From positions 46,555-110,554 of the forward strand of contig NIVC01002343.1 of the NCBI GenBank assembly GCA_002269645.1: a stretch of 64,000 nt of DNA, read 5' to 3'. A program made the translations under genes and the position numbers. The notes beneath the pieces are model-generated. The model did no database searches. It was not told where the DNA came from and worked only from the letters and a program-made list of their open reading frames with translations. Shown in pieces: positions 13,201-25,700 of the stretch. The stretch is from Macrostomum lignano (taxonomy: Eukaryota). Numbering within the stretch: the first letter of the stretch is position 1; each line of letters begins with the position of its first letter.

Positions 13201-15440
13201 AAGAATCATAGAAGCGTCATGTAAAAAAATCATAGAAGCGTCATGTAAAAATCATAGAAGCGTCAAGAAAAAATCATAGAAGCCTCATTTAAAAACTAAT
13301 GAAAGTGTCATTTAAAAAATCATAGAAGCGTCATGTAAACAATCATAGAAGCGTCATGTAAACAATCATAGAAGCGTCATGTAAAAATCATAGAAGCGTC
13401 ATGTAAACAATCATAGAAGCGTCATGTAAACAATCATAGAAGCGTCATGTAAACAATCATAGAAGCGTCATATAAAAATCATAGAAGCGTCATGTAAGCA
13501 ATCATAGAAGCGTCATGTAAAAAATCATAGAAGCGTCATGTAAAAATCATAGAAGCGTCATATAAAAATCATAGAAGCGTCATGTAAAGAATCATAGAAG
13601 CGTCATGTAAAAAAATCATAGAAGCGTCATGTAAAAATCATAGAAGCGTCAAGAAAAATCATAGAAGCCTCATTAAACTAATGAAGCGTCATTAAAAATC
13701 ATAGAAGCGTCATGTAAACAATCATAGAAGCGTCATGTAAACAATCATAGAAGCGTCATGTAAACAATCATAGAAGCGTCATGTAAACAATCATAGAAGC
13801 GTCATGTAAACAATCATAGAAGCGTCATGTAAACAATCATAGAAGCGTCATGTTAACAATCATAGAAGCGTCATGTAAACAATCATAGAAGCGTCATGTA
13901 ACAATCATAGAAGCGTCATGTAAAAAATCATAGAAGCGTCATATAAAAATCGTAGAAGCGTCATGTAAACAATCATAGAAGCGTCATGTAAAAATCATAG
14001 AAGCGTCATGTAAAAATCTAGAAGCGTCATGTAAACAATCATAGAAGCGTCATGTAAACAATCATAGAAGCGTCATGTAAACAATCATAGAAGCGTCATG
14101 TAAAAAATCATAGAAGCGTCATGTAAAAATCATAGAAGCGTCATGTAAAAATCATAGAAGCGTCATGTAAAAAATCATAGAAGCGTCATATAAAAATCGT
14201 AGAAGCGTCATGTAAACAATCATAGAAGCGTCATGTAAAAAATCGTAGAAGCGTCATGTAAAAAATCTAGAAGCGTCATGTAAACAATCATAGAAGCGTC
14301 ATGTAAACAATCATAGAAGCGTCATGTAAAAATCATAGAAGCGTCATGTAAAAATCTAGAAGCGTCATGTAAACAATCATAGAAGCGTCATGTAAACAAT
14401 CATAGAAGCGTCATGTAAACAATCATAGAAGCGTCATGTAAAAAATCGTAGAAGCGTCATGTAAAAAATCGTAGAAGCGTCATGTAAACAATCATAGAAG
14501 CGTCATGTAAACAATCATAGAAGCGTCATGTAAAAATCTAGAAGCGTCATGTAAACAATCATAGAAGCGTCATGTAAACAATCATAAAGCGTCATGTAAA
14601 CAATCATAGAAGCGTCATGTAAAAATCATAGAAGCGTCATGTAAACAATCATAGAAGCGTCATGTAAACAATCATAGAAGCGTCATGTAAACAATCATAG
14701 AAGCGTCATGTAAAAATCATAAGCGTCATGTAAACAATCATAGAAGCGTCATGTAAAAAATCATAGAAGCGTCATGTAAACAATCATAGAAGCGTCATGT
14801 AAACAATCATAGAAACGTCATATAAAAATCATAGAAGCGTCATGTAAAAATCATAGAAGCGTCATGTAAAAAAATCATAGAAGCGTCATGTAAAAATCAT
14901 AGAAGCGTCAAGAAAAAATCATAGAAGCGTCATTTAAACAATCATAGAAGCGTCATGTAAAAAATCATAGAAGCGTCATGTAAACAATCATAGAAGCGTC
15001 ATGTAAACAATCATAGAAGCGTCATGTAAAAATCATAGAAGCGTCATGTAAACAATCATAGAAGCGTCATGTAAACAATCATAGAAGCGTCATGTAAACA
15101 ATCATAGAAGCGTCATATAAAAATCATAGAAGCGTCATGTAAGCAATCATAGAAGCGTCATGTAAAAAATCATAGAAGCGTCATGTAAACAATCATAGAA
15201 GCGTCATGTAAACAATCATAGAAGCGTCATGTAAAAATCATAGAAGCGTCATGTAAACAATCATAGAAGCGTCATGTAAACAATCATAGAAGCGTCATAT
15301 AAAAATCGTAGAAGCGTCATGTAAAAAATCATAGAAGCGTCATGTAAACAATCATAGAAGCGTCATGTAAAAAATCATAGAAGCGTCAAGAAAAATCATA
15401 GAAGCCTCATTTAAAAACTAATGAAAGTGTCATTTAAAAA
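10228..15440. repeat. 23-bp satellite array 2, ~225 monomers
   Basis: Same monomer as array 1, degenerating near 15400; copy number estimated as length/23. Confidence 0.98.
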
Positions 15441-16314
15441 ATTAAGAAGCGTCACGGTAGAATAAAAGAAACGTCATGTCAGACATGAAGGGTTCATGTA
15501 AAAATTAAATGCAACTATAATGCTGTGCTGGGGAGAAAAACTGAGACGTCAAGGCTCTCAGAGAATAACTGAGATTACGGGGGGGGGGGGTTTCTGAGAT
15601 GTCAAAGCAAAAGTCAGAAGCTACTTCAAAGTTCGTGTACTTTACTCCATTTTTTATTGCATTCTTTGTTGGCTCGTCACGGGGGGGGGGGCGCTGATAG
15701 AAGAAAAGTCATGTAAAAAATAAAAGTAGCACTATGTATACATAAAAGAAAAGTCATGTCGAAGTTAAAAGATTCATTTGGGAATTGCTACGATGTCAAA
15801 GCTTGGTGGAAATCGTTATAGTGCTGTGATTCTTAAAGAAAGAATCACTAAAATGTTAAGGCTTAGGGGAGAAGAATTGCTGAGATTTCAAGGCTTTAGG
15901 TTGGGTTAAAGTTAGGTTTAGGTCAGGTATGGGTTGAGGGTTATATTTTATCGGGTTTCAAGGTTAACAGGGGATTTTTTAGATTTCAAGGTTTATGGGG
16001 GCCATTGCTGACATGTCAAGGCTTACGGGGGAATAGCTGAGATGTCAAGGCTCACGGGGGTATAAATGAGATTTCAAGGCTAAAGTCAGAAGCTACATGT
16101 AGTTTATTGAAAACTTTTTATTACATTATTTGATGCCTCCTCAGGGGAGGGATCGCTGATAAAAAAGCGTAATGTAAAAAATAAAAGAAGCTTCATGTCG
16201 AAGTTAAGAGATTCATTTGGGAATCCCTACGATGTTGAGGCTTGCAAGGAATCGCTATAATGCTGTAGTAGTGCTATAATGACTCTTAGGGAGAATTACT
16301 GAAATTTCAATGCT

Positions 16315-16376
16315 TTAGGGTTAGGTTAGGGTTAGGGTTAGGGTTAGGGTTAGGGTTAGGCTAGGGTTAGGGTTAG
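16315..16376 (+). repeat. Interstitial telomeric-type (TTAGGG)n tract, ~10 units
   Basis: TTAGGG TTAGG TTAGGG... read directly; a degenerate paralogous tract lies at ~15895-15940. Confidence 0.9.
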
Positions 16377-17270
16377 AAGGTTGACAGATATTTTTAGATT
16401 TCCAAGGCTTATTGGGGGCATTGCTGAGATGTCAAGGGGGGAAGTTGATATGTTAAAGCTTGTGGGGGGGATAACTGACATGTCAAGGCTTACAAGGTTT
16501 GACAGGAGATTTTTTAAGATTTCAAGGATACATGTAGCTTATTAAAAAAACGTGTATTGCATTTCTTTGGCTCCCCAACGGGGGGCGTAGATTGCTAGTA
16601 TAAAACTAAACTCTACCTACTAAACAGATGACCAATGTACAAAAACTGCTCTTACAACACTTGGCCAACCTCAGCCACCGCTAAAAATAGCGACACCTGC
16701 TGAAATTCCCTTGTGGATGCGTGCAAGTGACATGGTGCGGTAGGCAGGCAGGCTATCAGCAGTGCACGAGGGACTGAAGTTGAAGATAACAAATTTTGCA
16801 CAAAGCCAGGCAGTGCAGAAACTGCTTTGACATCACCTGCAGTTTTACACGCGTGTTTAGCGAATGCCCGATTTAATCGCTTAGTCTTGAATAGCTGCAG
16901 TCAGTCCAGTAAGCCAAGGCCAGCATGACTAAACTCATAAAGTACTGCGGACGCGAATAAAAACTATTAAAAAATCGTCAGCGTCACATCTACGAATACG
17001 GAGATAACGCAGATAAGCTGCGACCTCATCCAAACTGCATAAAAGTAGCGCAGCTGCCGGGCATGTGGAGCATCGCCGGCATTTGCAGCTGCAGTGGAAG
17101 CCTCTCAATCTGAAGAGCAACACAGACAAGGTAAGTCTCCGTGCAGTGTCGCTGAATTCGAACGGTTTCAAGCATAGTCAGGTGTTTATGGCGTACTGGC
17201 GCTGCTGCCCCGCATAAACTCTTGTCCGTGTTTGATATCGTTGCTTCAGGAAGCCTCAATAGCATGCAGA

Positions 17271-17580
17271 CCAGCGGTTCCAACGGGGATCTGGGAGACC
17301 AGCGGTTCCAACGGGGATATGGGAGACCAGCGGTTCCAACGGGGATCTGGGAGACCAGCGGTTCCAACGGGGATCTGGGAGACCAGCGGTTCCAACGGGG
17401 ATCTGGGAGACCAGCGGTTCCAACGGGGATCTGGGAGACCAGCGGTTCCAACGGGGATCTGGGAGACCAGCGGTTCCAACGGGGATCTGGGAGACCAGCG
17501 ATTCCAATGGGGATCTGGGAGACCAGCGATTCCAAATGGGGATCTGGTAGGCCAGCGATTTTAATAGGGATCTGAGACCA
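17271..17580. repeat. 28-bp minisatellite, ~11 copies (GACCAGCGGTTCCAACGGGGATCTGGGA)
   Basis: Direct tandem copies, degenerate at the 3' end. Confidence 0.96.
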
Positions 17581-18159
17581 GGGATTCCTATGGGGATCGG
17601 AGAACAATGGGGGGTGGGAGTATGCTAGAGTATTCTACATGCAGGTGTACACTTGAGCTCATCTCACATAGAAAGCGCTAACAGGACTCTCGGACAACTT
17701 TCGCAACAACTCTACGATTCTACAGCTCACGTGATGCGTGACTCGATCAACAGTCGCCTCTCCATCGAATTATTGAGTCTCCCCAGTGTCGCTAGTGATT
17801 TACCGTTTGCAATGACTCCAAAGATAACTTTTTCAACGGGTAATAAACTAAATCCATTTACAGATTACGCGGTGCTTTGTAGAAGATAATAAAAAAGAAA
17901 CTCGTATAAAACTCTAAAATTTCAATTAACTTTGCTCCAAACAGGCAGAATTGAGTTAATTGCAGTAGTTTTGTTCTATTTGAGAAAAGCCACAAATAAA
18001 AGGCAGCTCGAAGGCAACAAAAACGATTATGAACAGACAGGAGTCTGGAAACTTTTCCTTCAAGCCGAGAAGCTGGGGCCGCCTGCAGTAAGGCTTCGGG
18101 AACAGGTCGTGTCTACTCAGCCAGCCTGCCAAGATTCTCCATGGCCTGGCAATGAGCCC

Positions 18160-18465
18160 ACAATGCAAACAACTATGCAGGAGCACTTGACCACCTTGTG
18201 CAGCTTGCCATCCTTGTCAATCTTGCACAGGCTGGCCTCAAGGGCCTCTGGCAGAGGGCCTCAACCAGCTTGGCATAGGCAGCATTGTCGCAGTCGCTGG
18301 CCAGCACGCACAGGTGGGCACTCCATTTCTCTAGTCTAGCACCTAAGCAGACTCATGCAGGCCATGCACAAGACCATCATGGCTTAGCAAAGGCTTCAGC
18401 CAACACCTAGACAGCATTTGCCATAGTCATCTTGCCATTGGGGGCATCTCCTTCTTGTTGCTCAC
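18160..18465 (-). pseudogene. RPS12: Processed pseudogene of 40S ribosomal protein S12
   Basis: Minus strand reads ...[53 protein letters not shown]-[deletion][21 protein letters not shown]. This matches RPS12 motifs ([46 protein letters not shown]). No introns, three stops, frameshifts. Confidence 0.85.
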
Positions 18466-19746
18466 GCTTTGGCTTGGCATGTTGCAAGAATCTAAAACAG
18501 ATATCCTCCTATGGGGAAAATGGGGGGAAATTAGTGAATAGCAATTTATATATTGAACTTATCATTTTTAAACAACTGGCAGATTATAAGCCTTATGGTA
18601 TGTTAGAATTGGGGTAGTTTGCCTGTGTCAGTCCTATCATTCACAGTCACTGATTGATTCTCAGTAAAAAGGCTCAGGTTTTTTCATCATTACAGGCAAA
18701 CAACTTTTCTAAACATTAGAAAGTGGATTACTTTTAAAAATATTAAGATTTTGAGCAAATACACAGCTTGGAGATTGAAAATCTCTAAGACTTGCCCCTT
18801 GACTTGCCCCTCTCAGTTGTTCTGCAAATGCATCCATGCAAAAACTAGCTAGATCTCTGCATTGCTATATATATATATTATATTTATATACCTCAGCTTA
18901 GCCCAAATCTTCAAATCTAACCCACATTGAAAAAAGTTTGCCAGCCCCTGATATAGATATTTCCAAGCTTGTATTGTGAATGTTAATGAAGTGAAAACCA
19001 CTGCTTCTATTTAAAAGCTGTTTGAAATAGGCCTAATAGATCATAGATCAAGTCATCTACCTTTAGTTTTGTATCTATACTTTTTGCAATCCTACTGGGT
19101 ATGGGTAACTGAATAACTTAGGCAGTCGCTAGGAGTTTATCCACAATAATTACTTACGATGCCACCAAAAACTTGTACGCAGACTCAGACAGACAGTTTG
19201 ATAGGTTGAAACCTGATGGCTTATTTTAAAGCAGCAGCCTTCCATAATTAACCTGTTTAATTGCGGCATAAACAACAAATGCTCAGTATAAAACGATCAA
19301 GAAAATAGGTAGGATAAAGGTAAAACAAATTAAGTTAAATTAGGTTGTTTTTTAATCTAAAAAACTCTTTAAAATAGTTACGCCGAGTACAAATGTGTAT
19401 AAATTAAAGAAAAAGAAATTAAATATTCTAATAATAAATACTTGTCAACAAATTTAAATAGTAATGAGATCGGACGAAATTGGTCGAAGTGTGTTTACAA
19501 ATGAAATTCAAAGAAGCTGTATGACGTCCTTAGTTGAATCAAAATGACTTCCTTTAATTTTAAGACACCATAGTTTGTTGGATTAAAATGTGATTGTCGA
19601 AATTAACGTTTTGCTTGTATCTTGTACATGCCATTTAAACCATTTTATCATTAGAAATTGATGCCAGAAATCCTTTAAGTATACTTTAGATTTTATCTTG
19701 TTATGTTTATAGTCTAAAGCAGGTTTTAGGTCTTTCACGCAACAAA

Positions 19747-22700
19747 ATGCTTGATGCACTGCAATTCGCTCTGGTACAAATAGAGAATTTGGTGAATTCT
19801 CTAAACAAGAAGACTCTAAAGCAGTCATTATCAGAAATATCTCAGGTAAGGTAACCAACTGTTTTAAGTTTGCATTTTTATAAAATTTGATACTTCACTA
19901 TTGCATTTTTATTAGATTTAATTGAAATTAATGTTACTGAGTTGAATTTAGCCATTTTTTTCCTAGGCTTATTGAATAGCCCCCCTAACTTTCAAAAAAC
20001 CCATCAATGTGCAACATGGATGCAAAAAAGTACACTAAATGTGCAATATAAAATACAAAAATGAAAAAGTGATACCTAGGATGTTCCAGGACATTTTGTC
20101 AAAAACTTTTCATCAAAAGCCTTTATATCCAACTATTATTAGGGCATTTTTTGTCAAATGCAATAAAATAAATAGAGCCCATATGAAGTGAAACGAAGGC
20201 GCCGTTAGCAAGAGGATGGGAGAAATCAGCCGACACGCGCGTGATGCGTGAACAAGCATCCAGCCTTGGCAGCAACTCCCAGATGCACAAGATCTGCATG
20301 CCTAAAAATAGTCCTGATGATCGGCGAGCAAGAAGCCCAGCCATGCGACCCTCGCGTGATGCATGCATAACCTCTGACCGACACTGCCTATTGGGCCTCG
20401 AAATCCCACTCTCTCCCCCTACTGCTCCTATTCCTCGTTGCTCGCGTACAGTGTGCTAGCTTATAAAATATACTGATTGAAGAGGAAAGATCCTCGCCTG
20501 AAGTTTGAGAATGTGACTCTAGAGATCATACAGAGAAAGTTACCATCGAGGTCCATTGTTCATTGTCTTCCTGAACTGTTGGCAGAAGGAAACGATTATA
20601 ATATGGGAAAAACCCATATAAATTGTCGTTTCACATAGTTATTTTAAACTTATATTAAAATTAAAATAGTTTTCTTATGTAACTAATTTAATGCCCTTCA
20701 AATTCTAAGTTAAAATTGTCTAAAAATGACTTAAATTTACTATTTTTGTTTAAGTAAAAGGTTTTTAAAAGACATGTTTTCAAAAAGGAGTCTAATCCTA
20801 ACTTTAAACCTTTTCCCTTTATATATTTTAGCTTTGTGCATAAAAAATATTTTACATTGTGAAATTATATTTCTATTATTATATTATTATTTCAAAGTCA
20901 ATACTAATGGTACAATTTAATTGTTTCATTGGCTAAAAATATATATTTAATAATAAGAATAATAACTAGCAATAAAGGTTGGACAATATTGATTTTTTAA
21001 GATTTTAAGATTAAATATTTTTGATGATATAATCATTTGGCTAAATCCTTTTAGTTTTAATATGGGTGACAGTATAATATGTTGATTTTTGATTTTGTTG
21101 ATAAGTTGATTTAAGTTGAAAATCAATGTGTTAATTTTTATGTCTAGATAATTAATGCTATATTCAAAAGATTGATATTCAACATAGGGCTCTTTACTTT
21201 ATTAAAAGTAATGTTCTGCTGCAGCTATAGCTATGGCTATAGATGCTTGGGCCCAACCTTGGGCGCAATCTTATATATGTTTAGGTGCAACCAAGCATAT
21301 ATAAGATTGTATATAGGATAAGTTGCTATTGGACAAAATAGTAGTCACGTGACTGCTCTCAGCCAATAGCGACTTATATATGTGTGTTGCCAATAGAAAT
21401 GGCCAAGTGAATCCCAAGGTTGCGCATATATGATCTTATGGCAAATATGGTAAAATAAGTGCCTATAGCAACTAAGGATATGCCTATGGTAGATAGTTGC
21501 TTTTATAGCTACAACTACAGAAATATGGTAGTCTTGTAGATTCTTATAGCCATAGTTATTAATTTGTTATGAGCTAATTTTTTTAATTAGCTAATTAGCA
21601 TTAGCATAGCATCACTATGCATTAAAGTTCTTTTGAATAATACAATAGATGGCTGTCTACTAAGATAGAATTTTCATACAAAATCCTAGATGCATTTTAT
21701 GCATACTAAAAAACTCATACATTTTATAGCACATTGTTGACAAACTTGTGTAGTTATATGGACTTTTTGTATAAAGCTAACAAGAAAATTGAAAGTTAGC
21801 ATGAATTTTTTAAAAAGGTTTATTTTCTATTTGTGACATAAAACAAATATTTTGCATGCAAAAGGTAATTGGTATTCTAAGAAAGGTTCTTTATAACATT
21901 TTTGTAAGGTTCTACCATAAGTGATATCAATGTGTTATAGCCATAGCCATAAGCAAAACTATGGCTTATTTCAATTCTCCATATTTTATAGCTATAAAGA
22001 CCCCAATATTATCATATTCTTATAGTTCCTTTAGCCATAGTTATAGTTTACAAACTCTAAGAAAAAATATATTTTCAATCATGAAGATAACCCAGTATTT
22101 AAACAACTACAAATGAAGGTAACTATGGCTATAGAATATATGGAATGTGACTTATGCTTATGCATGCCTAACTGCTGGCTAACCTGGCTGATCTGGCCAT
22201 TATAAATTGTGTTAGACTAGGGGTAAGTTGCAAAATTAAGCTAACCAAAAACAAAAAAGCCAAGAACTGAAAAAAGTAAAAAAGATACAAGGAAAAAGAA
22301 AAAGAAAAAAGTACAAATTTTACTAAATTAAAAATGGTGAAGCAAAAGAAAATCAAGTTGTACAAATGATTAGGTAAGTTGGAACAAGAGCAACTAAGTC
22401 ACAAAAAGATTTGTTAAGTCACAAAAGGAACAAACTCAGTTGCAAAAATGATTTTGTAAGTTGCAACAAGAGCAAACTAAGTTGCAAAATTGATTTTGTA
22501 AGTTGCAACAAGAGCAACTAAGTCACAAAAGGATTTGTTAAGTCACAAAAGGAGCAAACTCAGTTGCAAAATGATTTTGTAAGTTGCAAGAAAAGCAACT
22601 AAGTCACAAAAGGATTTGTTAAGTCACAAAAGGAGCAAACTCAGTTGCAAAATGATTTTGTAAGTTGCAACAAGAGCAACTAAGTCACAAAAAGATTTGT

Positions 22701-25700
22701 TAAGTCACAAAAGGAGCAAACTAAGTTGCAAAAATGATTTTGTAAGTTGCAAGAAAAGCAACAAGTCACAAAAGGATTTGTTGTCACAAAAGGAGCAAAC
22801 TAAGTTGCAAAATGATTTTGTAAGTTGCAACAAGAGCAACTAAGTCACAAAAGGATTTGTTAAGTCACAAAAGGAACAAACTAAGTTGCAAAAATGATTT
22901 TGTAAGTTGCAACAAGAGCAACTAAGTCACAAAAGGATTTGTTAAGTCACAAAAGGAGCAAACTCAGTTGCAAAATGATTTTGTAAGTTGCAAGAAAAGC
23001 AACAAGTCACAAAAGGATTTGTTGTCACAAAAGGAGCAAACTAAGTTGCAAAAATGATTTTGTAAGTTGCAACAAGAGCACCAAGTCACAAAAAGGATTA
23101 GATAAGTTGCAAAAATGCTGACCTAAAAATATAGGCATAGTACTAATTAGATTATAAGGCATTTAGCCTTAATAAGATAGGCATAGTTACTCTTACCATT
23201 TACCCAAAATTGTGTTGATATTTGCTCTACAGTTTTTTTACTAGTAAGTTGCATTTTTGGTCAAAAAGTAAGTTGCATAGCCAGTAAATCAGGGCATTGC
23301 ATATGTATGATATGACTGTAATTACTATATTTCCATAGTCATAGCTATAAGAGCAGCTATCTACTGTAATCATATCCAACATTTATATTAACATATTAAC
23401 ATAATTTTAGTCATATTAACATTGCAAGCACTCCTAATTAAAGTTTATATTCAGAAAAAATTGCACCTGAATTGTGTCTGGACTAAAATTAAAAAGGCCT
23501 CAATAATACATCAAATATTTTTGTCACTACACTAGTCTATTCATTTAGTTTTAAAGATCATTATTTCTTTTAAATGAAAAATTTATAACTTGTGTCTAAT
23601 TTATAGACGAAATATATATTTAGACTAGTGTTCTATTGTAATTAGGGTCTTTTCACTATTGGTACAGTTTTAAGCATAAAAATTGCTTCTTTTAAAGTCA
23701 TTATGTTTTCATATTTCTAGCCATGACTAAGAAAATAAATTGGTATTCAATATATTAGAGTTGGACATTATAGTTATTTTTCATTATTTTATAATGATTT
23801 TCATCTAAATGGGTTTTTTAATGTGAAAAGGGCTTGCTATGCTAGAACCCTTTTGATCTGGCTAAACATTAGTATTGACTAGCCATGAACATAAAATAGC
23901 TTATTATAGTTTATAATGTATTTTGTAACAATAGGTATGAATATATTAAAATATTTGACTTAACTAAAAACGTCCCAATTTTAAACTTGATCTCTGATTC
24001 TATTACAATTTATTTTGTTATGAAAATATCGCTGGCTATAAGACTTAATTGGTTAAAGTGAACAGACTTAAAGATTTACTGCCTAGCGCTATTAGTAACT
24101 CAAAGCTCGCCTTTTCCCATTGCTCAGCTGGTTAACCAGCATGGCTTCGAGGCCGAGCGCCACCTGTACAGGTGTCTGTTTTCCTCCATCGACTTCTCGG
24201 GCGCGCCGCACGACGCCAGAGGCTCGGTGAAGGACTACCACCAGACCCAGCTGCTCATCCAGGAGATGCACAGTCTGTTCGCCAAGCCCAACTTCGTCAC
24301 CCTCATCTGCTACGCCCTGGACCATCCGTTTGCCTCACAGAAGTCGCTGCGGCGGGGTCCGGCCTGCTGCCGCAGGTCAGCCGCACCCTGAAGCTCAGCC
24401 GGGTGCAGGAGGTCACCCTCGGCCTCGCCCTGCTGTCCTCGCTGCGCCTTGAGACTCGCGAAGGCGCCCAGGCCTGGCTGCGCGCCAAGTTGCCCGACCT
24501 GCTCGCCACCTACGTGGACGCTGACGCTGGTGCAGGCGGGCACGACGGAGTTGGCGGAGTCGGCGGAGGCGGCGCCGGCGGCGGTGTGGCCGGCCTGCAG
24601 GACATGAGCATCGAGATGGTGCACCTCATTCTCACCAAGCTGCGTGAGGAGCCGCACAGGTTCGGCGCCAGCAAGGACCTCATCGAGGCCTTCCTGCGCG
24701 TGCTGCGTAAGGATTTCCCCAAGCAGCGGGTGCCCGTAGTGCTGGCGCCGCTACTGTACGCAGAGACTGAGGATCTGCCAGTGTCGAAGGCCTTCCGCGA
24801 GCCGACCAGCCTGCAGCAGATGGTGGTGAGCTCCAACTCGGCGCTGCAGTCCAGCCAGCAGGTTGACAGCAGCCTGGCCGAGCTGCTGGAGGAGCTGGGC
24901 TACGGCTGCACGGCTACACCGGAGGAGATGCGGCTGACCCTGGCCGAGTTCGGAGTGCGGGACATCACCCCCGCCGCCGTGGCCCGTTGCATCTCCATGT
25001 TCATGCGCACCTGCGAAGGCCACGTTGGCAACCAGATCGCCCTGCACGGCCCCGGCTCAGCCAGCTCCATCAGTTGGAAGCTGGACCAGCAGCAGCAGCA
25101 GCCGGATACCTGGAATGTGGAAAATTTCCTCATGGCTGTGCGGGAGCTCAACTCCAGTCTGCAGCTTCGCAGCGTTGCATCCGAGCTGGACCATCCCGGC
25201 TTTGAGGTGAGGCTCAGTCCCGCTCAGATATGATTTATGGCATTGGGGCTTTTGCTCTGATGCCCATGCCATTTTAGTAACTTTATCAAATAATTGGCTC
25301 TTTGAGTAAATTATTGTAAGAGATCGCCGACTAACGAGTAGCAAGAAAGAACTTGATGTGTTCATAGGTGGGGGTTAGGTCAGCGGTTCCCCACTTCGTA
25401 GCCTGTCCGCTTGCCGCCTTGCGTCTTGACAAATTGATTCTTATTAGAAACTCGCTCATTGCCATTTGCCATTGACAACCCAGGTGAAGTCTAAGCGGGC
25501 ATTCGAGCTGCTCCGCAAGTGCCTCAGCAATGGCGCCCAGGCCTCCAGCAGCGACCTGCCCATTGACGTCTTTTACCGAGACTGGAACTACGCGCAGGGC
25601 CAGCTGTCCTTCCTGCGCCACTGCATCATCCACTCGGACGTGCTCTGCCTGACCTTCTATCGCTACAGACAGACCGACATTGGCCGCCTCAAGCTGCCGC

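Larger units (their letters stand above)
9605..16598 (+). mobile_element. Non-autonomous Helitron-like element (~7 kb)
   Basis: 5' A|TC (A9604, TC 9605-9606). 3' GC-rich hairpin GCTCCCC-AAC-GGGGGGC (16570-16586), then 8 nt, then CTAG (16595-16598) followed by T. No TSD and no coding capacity. Matches canonical Helitron termini and AT target. Confidence 0.72.

Noticed and set aside
7057-15440. CRISPR-like array
   Set aside because: Monomers are contiguous with no unique spacers, there are no cas genes, and the DNA is eukaryotic.
16315-16376. True chromosome end
   Set aside because: Only ~60 bp, with complex sequence and genes on both sides.
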